Shown here: in pieces, positions 1 through 10,301 of the stretch
Numbering within the stretch: position 1 is the first letter of the stretch
Layout of the letters: each line of letters begins with the position of its first letter
Origin: Utricularia gibba
Lineage: Eukaryota > Plantae > Magnoliophyta
Length of the DNA: 64,000 nt
Direction: 5' to 3'
Assembly: GCA_002189035.1 (NCBI GenBank)
Contig: NEEC01000004.1
Span: forward strand, 4,650,001 to 4,714,000
Notes under the pieces: generated by a model
What the model was told of the DNA's origin: nothing
The model's database searches: none
What the model saw: only the letters and a program-made list of their open reading frames with translations
Made by a program: the position numbers and the translations under genes

Positions 1-68
1 CGCGTTCCTCCTGTGGTTTTCACATGATACTTATGTTCTGACATGTCTCTGGTTTGGTTCATCCTTAG

Positions 69-1823
69 GAGGAAAATAAGTTTGATTTCAAGAAAATTGT
101 GAGTGAAAATTGGATTGAACCCCGAAAAGAGAAAGAAAGAGGAAGTATGTATCTTTTGTTGCTTACTTTTTTTCCAGATGTAAATTGGTTGTGGCTGATG
201 AGCTTTCTTATTGAAATGTTTTGCAGCTATTCTGAGTCAGAGTACTTCAAGCAGACAATGCGTAGCAGTGGTCCTGCCAGACCTAAAGAACCGAGAATTC
301 CTCGCATGCCACAGCTGTAAGTAGTTTTTCATCTGAATGTATTCATCAGCAGTCAAGGGCTTCTTCACTCTAACATGGTCCAAGTGATGTAGGCATGATT
401 TCCAGTTTTTCAACACTCACCGTCTTAGTGAGCTTTACGAAAAGGAAGTGCGCTACCTAATGGTCTGTGCGTGGGATGTTTTTCATTATTATTATGATAT
501 ATGCTCTCCAAATGGTTCTTACTTGATGTTTCGTCCCTGAAGGCGCAACAAAGGAACCAAGTAAAAGATGCAATTGAGGTGGACGAACCTGAAGGTATGC
601 CTACTCTTTAGATATTGCTTCCTGTTTTTGCATTCCCAACTTTTCATTACCATCTCCGGACATTTTTCTCCCTGTCCAGATGTTGGAGAACCTTTAACTG
701 CAGAAGAGCTGGAAGAGAAAGATAAACTGTTGGAAGAGGTGCGTCTCCAGGACTGACCCCCATCCCCCCTCCTATGCTAACCTGATCATCTTGGAATGCA
801 GGGATTTTCAACATGGAGCAGAAAAGATTTCAATGCTTTCATTAGGGCCTGTGAGAAATATGGTCGAAACGATATTGCAAGTATTGCTGCAGAAATGGAA
901 GGCAAGTCAGAAGAAGAAGTTGCTAGATACGCTAAAGTTTTCAAAGCAAGATACAGAGAATTGAATGGTAAACAATGTTGTCTTTTATTTGCATAAACTA
1001 ATGTGTGCTTTCTACCACCAAGTGTTTCTAATGTTGCTTTTCTAGACTACGATAAAATCATCAAAAACATTGAGAGGGGAGAAGCTAGAATATCTAGGAA
1101 AGATGAGATCATGAAGGCTATTGGAAAGAAGATGGATCGCTACAAGAATCCATGGCTGGAACTGAAGATCCAGTATGGCCAGAACAAGGGAAAGCTGTAC
1201 AATGAAGAATGTGATCGTTTCATGGTCAGTTCTTCATACTCAAGCTTCTGCTATGCTTCTCCTTTCCTAAAATCTAAAGAATCAGTGCGAGTGTGCCCTC
1301 TTTTCTTTACTCAGATATGCATGGTCCACAAGCTTGGTTATGGCAACTGGGATGAACTGAAAGCTGCCTTCCGCACCTCCCCACTGTTTCGATTCGATTG
1401 GTTTGTGAAATCACGCACCACTCAGGAACTTGCAAGGAGATGCGATGCACTTATCCGCTTGGTTGAGAGGGAAAACCAAGAATACGATGAACGGGAACGG
1501 CAGGCTCGCAAGGAGAAAAAACACGCAAAGGTACTCCACTCCTCATCCCACTCTGTCATTCAGCTTCCCTCCCACATAATCAATCACATTAACCTCCTCC
1601 TCCCTTCTGCTTCCTGCAGAATTCCGCACTCTCGAAACGTTCTGCTGCTCGACAGGCAGCAGATAGCCCTCCTCCAAGCATGAAAAAGAAACGGCAGGCT
1701 TTGATGGATGACTATGTGCCCTCTGTAAGACCAAAGTCACAATTCTCTTCTCTGTGCTGCTGAAGCACAGCTCATCTTACCAGTTCATTCCTGTTTTTGC
1801 ATCAGGGGAAGAAGAGGAAGTGA
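69..1823 (+). CDS. CHR11: ISWI chromatin-remodelling ATPase (CHR11/CHR17 type), 3' exons only (HAND-SANT-SLIDE region); 5' part lies upstream of the window
   Basis: Spliced exons give ENKFDFKKIVSENWIEP, YSESEYFKQ, LHDFQFFN, GFSTWSRKDFNAFIRACEKYGRND, YKNPWLELKIQYGQNKGK, FRFDWFVKSRTTQELARRC; last exon GKKRK with TGA at 1821-1823. One-base frameshift at C-run 120-123. CHR11 versus CHR17 cannot be resolved. Confidence 0.95.
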
Positions 1824-2318
1824 AGCCACTGCTCTCCCAAGCTCCCATCTTCTCTTGTCTGTCATTCTGATCATTGGGGCAGTAGCAACTCACTGAACTC
1901 CCTAGGAACAACACATTCAAGCTCTTAGTGCTTGAAACAAGCCCCTTTTTAAGCTGTAAGCAGATTACATGAGTCTGATATGCTAATGATCCCGTCCACA
2001 GAGGTTACCGATCACATGGTCTGGCTCGTCATGGAGCTCCGGTGGGCCGGCGCTAGGTTTGAAAAGATTTAATTCATAAAAAACTAATAATAATAACCAT
2101 AAATATGACGGAAAATCTATATTTCTTTGTTTATAGTAATGTTCCATTTTAGAAAGGTTTTAGATTTTTCTTAAAATAGGCATTTCCGACAAGTTTAAAA
2201 AAAATTATTTTGGGGAAAATCAGAAATTCAAGATATTGTTTAATGGAAGGGAAATTAGATTTGGGCCGGCTCATAAGGGAAGACTGAAACAAGAGAAGCC
2301 CAATTCCAGTCCACAGGA

Positions 2319-2348
2319 TTACGTCATATGCCCCGATGAGTGACGTAA
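2319..2348. promoter_or_regulatory. Inverted pair of TGACGTAA motifs (TGA/bZIP, ocs-like half-sites)
   Basis: TTACGTCA at 2319-2326 and TGACGTAA at 2341-2348 are exact reverse complements with a 14-nt spacer, about 770 bp upstream of the first glutaredoxin. Confidence 0.4.
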
Positions 2349-3112
2349 CAGGAGATGGTGAATATTTTTGCTTCCTCATCATTGGAATCGAACCTCTTAG
2401 CAGGAAAAGATAAAGTTCCCATTTGGATAAACCACCCACCAAACCCTTCTTCATACATAAGTTTCTCGTTAATTCAATAAGATCGTCAATCAATACTAAT
2501 CATCTTCCTGATATGTATGTCGCACTCCGTACGATTTGAAATCGATGAAATGAAAAACGTGTCAGATCAACTGGATGATTTTCAGTAGAACTATTCGAAA
2601 AAATATAATTAATGAGCTATTAATGAATAAAAATAGAATAAATCATGCTTTTTTATAAATTTTATATATTATATATTAAGAAAATTTTATAAAATAAATT
2701 TGTTTTAATACAATATTCCCTCGTATTATGTGCTTGATTGAGGGTTAAAAAACTAAAAAGTAATTATTCATTTATATTTCACATATTAAAATAAAAAATT
2801 TTGAAATTCAAAATCGTCATCTTGTCACATAGGTTGATGACCCATTTTTTTTTAAAAAAAAAAACAGCAACAACAACAACTAGGCAACTTTTAGGTCATG
2901 GGATTCGATGTTGGTGCAGTCATTCTCAGGTCAATACACGAGTGCGTGTGCATCCAAATTCCAATCCAAACAAAAACCCTAATTCCAAAATTCCCCTTTT
3001 GGCGCACCTATCTTGTGCTATATAAACGCCTCCACCCCCCTCCATTTACCTCATTCCAAAAAACTTCTCACAGCTCCTTCAGCTCGAAAAGATCCGATCA
3101 TCACAAGCAAGA

Positions 3113-3421
3113 ATGGAAAGGGTGAGCAAAATGGTAGCCGAGAAGCCGGTTGTGATCTTCAGCAAGAGCTCCTGCTGCATGAGCCTCACCATCAGTTCCC
3201 TCCTTTCTGATTTCGGGGTGCATCCCATGGTTTACGAGCTCGATAATATGCCTAGAGGGAGGGAAGTGGAGCAGGTTTTGGCGAAGCTGGGGTGCAGCCC
3301 CACCGTGCCGGCCGTCTTCATCGGCGGGAAGTTCGTCGGCGGAGCGAGCGAGGTGATGAGTCTTCATCTCAGGAGGTCTCTGAAGCCTATGCTCAAGACT
3401 GCTGGTGCTCTCTGGGTCTAA
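3113..3421 (+). CDS. CC-type glutaredoxin (ROXY family), 102 aa, intronless
   Basis: [13 protein letters not shown] active site, [15 protein letters not shown]-terminal LKPML and ALWV; TATAAA just upstream (about 3020). Confidence 0.97.
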   Translation: MERVSKMVAEKPVVIFSKSSCCMSLTISSLLSDFGVHPMVYELDNMPRGREVEQVLAKLGCSPTVPAVFIGGKFVGGASEVMSLHLRRSLKPMLKTAGALWV

Positions 3422-4165
3422 GTTTTGCATTCTTCTTTGATTTTGGCTGAGTGACTGACTGTTTTGTGATGTTCCTTCATGGATTGTTTAATAATTGGAG
3501 CACAATAAATGTTTTTTTGTTCCAAGCCTTTTCAACATGAAGATTCAAACTTTGGAACTATTCCTTGCCCAAAATTATGCATTCATAGACTCACAAGAAA
3601 TCATCTAGCTATGGAAATATAACATCTTGATATTTGGGTAAATAAGAATCTCTATCTTACTTGTGGAATAACACTAGAAACAATTATATATAACTTTTTT
3701 GAATGTGTATGTATGTACAATATCAATAGAAAAAACTATTAAAATTAAGAATTTAATGAATCAAGCGAATATATGTGAAATCCAAATATACAATAAACAT
3801 AAATCATATTAAAAAAAATTAAAATCAATCGATTATTAATAATCATTTTATTTTTAAATCCTGATGTGTAATTATTTATTCTAATAAGAACTATATAGAT
3901 TATGAGATTGCCAACTGAAATCATCATTTTCATTAGAAAATTTTGGATATAATATAACATCATATATAATTCGAGATACTTAAAAGATTATGAAACTAAT
4001 GTTGTACAAATATTTTTAGTGTATGTCCAAAAATACCTATGCATTAATAGAATCTAGGATTGGACAAACTGTAATATTTGTGTTCCTTTACACTAAGCCT
4101 AAGCATTGAACATTCCGTTAGGTTTTTTATTCAATAAAATCAAGATTTGGACAAAATGTATGACA

Positions 4166-4440
4166 TGTTTGTAATTTGAATTCATATTTAAGATTATGTA
4201 ATATAGAATTATTTTTTAGATTATGTAAATAGAATCAGTTTGAGATTGTAAAATTATTTTATAGTATAACATAAAAAAATAAGTAGTATAATTATTTTGA
4301 TTAATATCTTATTTAATTATTAAAACATAGATTAGAGAAATTTAATAATTTTTGAAACTAATCAAAAAATATGAATTTCTAATTTTATTACAGAACAATT
4401 AAAAATTATAATCTTCAAAAATTAATCAAAATTATTCCAG
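4166..4440 (-). repeat. AT-rich dispersed repeat, copy A (inverted relative to copy B at 6130-6406); MITE- or TIR-like
   Basis: Reverse complement of 4381-4400 matches 6152-6171 at 18/20 and reverse complement of 4249-4264 matches 6312-6327 at 16/16, collinearly; begins with TGTTTG. Boundaries are approximate. Confidence 0.6.
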
Positions 4441-6129
4441 CAGTGTTCATCTTCGCTTACATCAAACCCCAAGTGTTGAACATTCCATTGGGATTGTCTT
4501 TCAATGGAATCGGAGTTCCGGCAAGTTGCAGATGTTCTTCTTCTTTCCTTACGCAATGATCGAAGAATCGGTCATGCAAAAAATGATGAATCGTTCGTTG
4601 TTTCGCACTAATCAAAAGGCGTTTCTGTGAAGACCGTGATTCCCATCATGGGATTATAGCCTCAGCTTTAAAACCAAAAAAGGGAACAAAAGAGCAATCA
4701 AAAGTGCTCCTTGATGGATTCAAAGCTTCATGACCCGTGATGCCTTTGTGCTTCTTGCTTTAACCCACACCCAAATCCCTGCCAATTCCCATCTAATCCC
4801 TTATGGATCCTCCGATCGCCGGTTTACGGGCTCGCCGGCGGCGGCCCGAGGCCTCCACGAGGGTCGTTTTGACACGCCGGCGGCGACCGGAGAAGAAAAG
4901 GATGGATGGCCTGTGTTCAAAGGGGCATTTTCCAGCGTGTTCAAGCTTACGCTGTCATGATAAGTTCGTTTATTCGAGCAAATCCTTTTCTTTTCCTTTG
5001 TTCCTTCTAATCAACTATGTACAAACCCTAGACACCAAGCACTATTCCACCTCATCTTATTACATGATAAACATTAAAAAACCTATAATTATATTAATCT
5101 CAAAAGTAATTGATTTTTTTTATTAAAACACACTTTTAATTTTAAAGACGTAATGCATGTTTAGTTAAAAATAAATAATTCATATGTATTATTAATTAAA
5201 TTATTAGAAGAAACACATACTAAATTTAAAAAATCGAAATCCCGGGACGATGGCAGATACATCCGCACATACCTTAGGGATTTCAGGAAAGTGTGTTCAT
5301 TTGACAATATTAATTTAATTATGTATTAAAATATTTTATCTTAATGAACTAAGCCTTGATGCCATGTTCCTTAGGAATAATCACATTTTACCTGACTGTT
5401 TCAACTGACTCCAAGAAACTCAAAAGAGGATTTTTGTTCCTCTGTAATGAATTAAAGCATCCGATTTAGTCATCTTCTATTTTAGATAACCACTTCCAAG
5501 GACCAAACCCTGATCAAAATCGGAACCGAAACCGTAACCTAAACCGAAACAAAAACCCCAAGTGCACCACATCCGTGGAGCAATGCAAGCTTGCTTCTGC
5601 ATCTACTGATCCACGGAATCTGAGCAAGTTAGATGCTTGCTCCCTCCAAAACAGCCCCACAAATCCTCCACAGTATAAAATACTTGCACGATTCCGCTAC
5701 CCAGCTGCTCCTCGTCATTGTAAATTCAACCAGAACCAAAGGCATAAAGGCGGGTCAACTCAACTCCGCGATCAGAAAAGCAGGAGCAGTGGTGGATGTG
5801 AGTGAAGTGGCGGGCATATTCTCTCTTCATTGCAGTGCTCTTTTCCTTGCTGTCGGTCATCATCTCCTCCGTGGTGGAGCCCCACACCAGGAGCCACATT
5901 AGGTAGGAACTGTGAAGGAGAATTCCCGAACAGAAGACATATTCTCCCAGCGCCAACGACAGCAGTGCTGTTCCATAAGCCAGACACAGCCTGCAGCCAA
6001 TGCCTGCTAACTCAATTCTAGACTATGTACCAATTCCATGAGTATATAGATGCTGATTTGTGAAAATTACGTAATAGAAGAAAAAAGAAGCCAAAGAATA
6101 TTAGGGCATGAGTTTCAATCCATTATTTC

Positions 6130-6406
6130 GATTTGTAAAATTTATTTTTTTAATCGTTCTGTAATAAAATATCATAAAATCATATTTTATAATCAAGTTT
6201 AAAAATTAATGAATTTCTTAAATTACTATTTTAATGATGAAATAATAGTTTTAATTAAAAAATAATATAATTTATTATCTTATAATGTATTTTATTAAAA
6301 TATATAATATTCTATAAAATAATTTTAAAATTTTAAATTAATTATATTAATTTTAAAACTGATTATATTTTATATAATCTGAATCACAAATTTTAAAATA
6401 CACAAC
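6130..6406 (+). repeat. AT-rich dispersed repeat, copy B
   Basis: Collinear reverse-complement similarity to 4166-4440 (same two anchors). Boundaries are approximate. Confidence 0.6.
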
Positions 6407-6527
6407 AAGTCCTTTGATCCGTTCATTAGTTTGAATTAATTCTTTTTAGGATGCATGAAATCCAGTTCATTAATTTTTACTATGAAATATTAAGGGAATC
6501 AAAATTTTCTTATCCAATTCAATATAA

Positions 6528-6578
6528 TAAATCTAGAATTTAATTAAATCTAGAATTTAATTAAATCTAGGATTTAAT
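6528..6578. repeat. Tandem repeat, 3 x 17 nt (TAAATCTAGAATTTAAT)
   Basis: Units at 6528, 6545 and 6562; the third has one substitution. Confidence 0.9.
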
Positions 6579-6715
6579 ACATGATTTTAAAAATTAGAAT
6601 GATTGGTGCATTAAAATTATATTTTTTTATTTATTAATACAAAAAATGAGAATGTGATTTATTGACACGAGTTGCGAAGCCACTTACTAGGGAATGGGAG
6701 TTGTTGGTCGTGTCA

Positions 6716-6778
6716 GAGACACCGCTTGCCGCATATGAGACACGGCTTGCCGCATCTCGGACGCGCCTTGCAGCTTTT
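6716..6778. repeat. GC-rich tandem repeat, about 3 x 21 nt
   Basis: gagacaccgcttgccgcatat / gagacacggcttgccgcatct / cggacgcgccttgcagctttt at 6716, 6737 and 6758. Confidence 0.75.
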
Positions 6779-7187
6779 TCTCGTCGCCATGTGCTCACAA
6801 AAACAATAATATTAATATTAATAAATATCCAATAATTAATTTATACAATTTTTTTTAACATTTAAATGACCACACTCAAGAAGCGTCGGTGGGCCGATTT
6901 TGGAATCTCTTTTGCAAGGATATCCTCCTGCTGTAGTATAAAACACCTAATTTAATTTTATTATTACAAAAAAATGATTACGCTTGCATCATTTTAAATA
7001 AGTTATTATATTCGATTAAAAGATCAAATCAAAAAATAGTTTCATTGCGTTTTAAATGAGAATTTTTATTTTCATGAATATTCTAAAACACAATTAAAAT
7101 TATTTATAAATAACTATGCGGTACCCTGGCCATTTTCGTCATCCCAAGCAAGACTCCGTACGGCACCAGGAACAAGAAAAGGGAACC

Positions 7188-7487
7188 ATGGAGAGGGTTG
7201 AGGAGCTGGTGGCCGGAAAACCGGTGGTGATCTTCAGCAAGACTTCATGCTGCATGAGCCACACCATCAAGACACTCTTCAGCGATTTCGGGGTTAACCC
7301 CACGATCTACGAACTGGACGAGATCGCACGTGGCTGGGAAATCGAGCAGGCCCTCGGTTCCGACACCGCCGTGCCTGCCGTCTACATCGACGGAAAGTTC
7401 GCCGGAGGCTCGGACCAGATCTTGAACCTTCATCTCAAGGGAGACCTCAAACGCATGCTGAAGAGATCCGGGGCTATGTGGCTCTGA
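7188..7487 (+). CDS. CC-type glutaredoxin (ROXY family), 99 aa, intronless tandem paralogue
   Basis: [31 protein letters not shown] and AMWL; upstream TATAAAT near 7106. Confidence 0.96.
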   Translation: MERVEELVAGKPVVIFSKTSCCMSHTIKTLFSDFGVNPTIYELDEIARGWEIEQALGSDTAVPAVYIDGKFAGGSDQILNLHLKGDLKRMLKRSGAMWL

Positions 7488-7974
7488 GCCAAGTTGGTTG
7501 TCGCCAGGGACTTTGAGAAGAGATAACTGCGAGCTTCGTCTTTTTACTGTGCTCTGTTACGACTTACCGTCGAGTCATTCCGTGTGTGGAAGGTTTTGCG
7601 TTTGGGCTGGGCCGATAGAATTAGTGAGCTTAATTGAATAGAGAGCCCAATTAGACGTTTCATAAACATGAAATTACCATTTTATCATGTGAAAGCGACA
7701 TTACTGCGTGGTCCCCACAGGTATTATTGAACCCATTTTCGATTTAGGCAGATATTTAAGTTCAATATTTTTTATAATAAAATTAAACTAAAGTTAATAA
7801 TTTTTAATTATATTTTAAATAGTTTTAAAAAATAAAATTTTGTATTTAAATAGATTAAATGTATTCTGTGATACAGTTTAGATTTAATGGAATATATTCT
7901 TAAATTGAATATATGATTTTAAAAATGTGAGTCAACCGTCATATTCCCTCTGCTCTCTTTCCTCCGCCTTGCTT

Positions 7975-8056
7975 CGCGGGTCGGGCCCAACGGTTCACGA
8001 ACGGGCTAGATGGTGGGCCCATCTGTGGTGCGGGCCACATGCCGTTATTGGGCCTC
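7975..8056. promoter_or_regulatory. Site II (TGGGCY/GGCCCA) cluster upstream of the RING gene
   Basis: gggcccaa, tgggccca and tgggcc within about 80 bp, roughly 120-200 bp before the ATG at 8177. Confidence 0.55.
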
Positions 8057-8176
8057 CCGCGATCACAAACTGCACTGGTTGGTTGACTGGTGATCGTCTT
8101 ATGTGGATTCTGGCGACACAGACCCGACCCGTTTGAAGAAGCCCGCCCTCTCATCAGTCTTCTTCCCTCGTCGGGG

Positions 8177-9411
8177 ATGGCTGATTTCGTTACGGGAGAA
8201 AGCTGTCCAATTTGTTTATCCGCGCTAGAGGCCTTTTCGGAAGCAATAGTCGTTCCTTGCATGCACGCCTACTGCGTGGGATGCATTCGCAGATGGAGCA
8301 ATATCAAGCGCAACTGCCCACTTTGCAACTCGGATTTTTGTTCTTGGTTGCGCAGAATTGGAGCGGAGTACAGAGAAGAGAAGGCACCGCTTATTGGAAA
8401 AAGACGGATTTTGAATCCACTCCTCCGTGAAGAGGTGCTCTGGCGGCGAAGAAGAAACCAGTTTTTAGAACAGAGAAGGCTTGGATATTAGTTAGTTTTT
8501 TTTTTTCTTTTGGGAATTCTTAGCAGCAGTTGACCATATGTTGAAATGCGATATTGCAGGATCATTGGAAGATCAAGACAATACACAATTGGTAACCAAG
8601 AGAGAGCTTTGCCGGTGCAACGTTCTTTCCGAAGGTTAGGTGATGAGAGTTCTGCCAGTGTAGCTGAGAGGACGAAACAATGGAGAGCTAGGTGTTCAAA
8701 TATCGAATAAGAAGCTAATAGCATTAGCTTTTATGGTTCAACTCTCATTTCTTATTTTGTATGCTTCTCAGCATTTATCAACGGAGATTGCGGGCAGTTC
8801 TTCCCCTTCAACGGAGACCTTTTTTCAGATGGTTCGTTATTTATCCTACTGCTTTATCATTCTCTTCATTATCATGGCCATATCAAGTGTGTCTTTTTAT
8901 TTTAATAAAGTAAGAGTGGTTGAGTTGTTGTAGATGCTTTCTTGGCATTCGGGTTTCATTTAGAGCGACTCAAACGATACGATGTGGTTCTTCTCTTTCA
9001 GCTGATTAGAGGAAATAATTGGAGGGAAACGGTGTTAAGGAGGATAGAACCATGGATAAATAGGGAGCTTCAGGCTGTTCTGGGAGATCCTGATCCATCC
9101 ATCATTATTCATGTTATAAGCTCGCAGCTGATCAGAACATACGAGAATCTTGAAAACTCCCAAGCACAAATAGGTCTCGAAGATGGTGACTTTCTTGCAC
9201 CCTTGAGACCGTTTCTCCACGACCAGACAGAAAGATTTTGGCATGAGCTTATGTATGTACTTTTATCCCCAGTATTATATTTATAGAGCAAACTAAACAC
9301 AGCTATATTCTTCTTACAACCATCTTATTTGGAAAATTTCCATTCAGATGCTATTCAAAAAGTCCACTTTCCATGGAAGCATATGATGCCTCTGTCGTGT
9401 ATGAAGCATGA
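8177..9411 (+). CDS. RING-finger protein (C3HC4, TOPORS-like plant family), 5 exons
   Basis: CPIC..PCMHAYCVGC..CPLC, then exons ALPVQRSF..QWRAS, IYQRRLRAV, RRIEPWINRELQAVLGDPDPSIIIHV, FLHDQTERFWHEL, SPLSMEAYD; TGA at 9409-9411. The intron 1 donor and the exon 3-4 phase are uncertain. Confidence 0.85.
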
Positions 9412-10301
9412 GGCCTGTTGTTTCTAGCAACTCAAGCGAGAAAAAAGGAAGTTTGGTGTGAAATGATGGGAAGAGACAGATAGAAGTGGGGAATCACGTC
9501 CTGATAAACAATAATTGTCCTCTCAAGTGTTCTGATCTGCCATATCATTCCAGATTGTCGCCTCCAAAAGTTTAACTTCCATATCCCGAGAAAGGGCAAG
9601 TTTTGGGTACTAAAAGTTGCGCGCCTGTTGCAGAATTACAACTTCTTTTGTGTGGCTGCAGAATTTTGGAGATTATGGATGCCCCAAGAATGGCATTGAC
9701 TCCAACCGCAATTCAATCTTATTCAAATGTCTTGCGTGTTTCAGTTTTTCTCACTTCTCTTCCTCTCTTGGAGAAGGAATCATGGAACCGCATGCCAGTC
9801 TTTTGTTGTTCGTTGTGTTACAAGGATCTTTTATTGCCTCAAATGTAGTTTTTATTTTCTGGGTATTCCTTCTTAAATGCTGTAAGAATTGCATTCAATG
9901 GTGAGAGGATTCAGAGATTTTTCCTTGGCTAGATTGAATGTTTTGGACAGGACAGTAACGTGGGGTACAGTGTCAAAACTTTTGAGTTGTCGAGCAGTAT
10001 ATATTGGTAGCATTTCTCTTTAATACGTTCCTGTTCCTCCAAATCTCAATTCTGATGCCAGAGATCGCCATTGACAATGTTTGGGAGAGCTTTTTTCAGT
10101 ACTACAAAGCAAAGCTCATGATTCTGCTACAGAAGAAAGATACCACAACTGTTGCTTCCATCATCAAAGCACCCTAATTAGCGGTTCATCAGTGTTTGAT
10201 CTATGCATTTAGCGTTCCAGTCACTGCTTCTGCTAAGAAAGCAGCACATGGTACAATTCTGTATGTTACAGGTTGGATTTCCAGATCCCCTCAAGGCAAC
10301 A

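Noticed and set aside
5726-5987. Minus-strand ORFs containing GAGRIC, RICPP and FGSG, reminiscent of a cytochrome P450 heme motif
   Set aside because: The pieces are in different frames and the wrong order; there is no FxxGxRxCxG, ExxR or PERF context.
6716-6778. 21-nt repeats as a CRISPR-like array
   Set aside because: The repeats are adjacent with no spacers and no cas genes, and the context is eukaryotic.
9603-9904. Cys-rich ORFs between RING and RLK
   Set aside because: No signal-peptide plus cysteine pattern of a known family; consistent with UTR or intron sequence.
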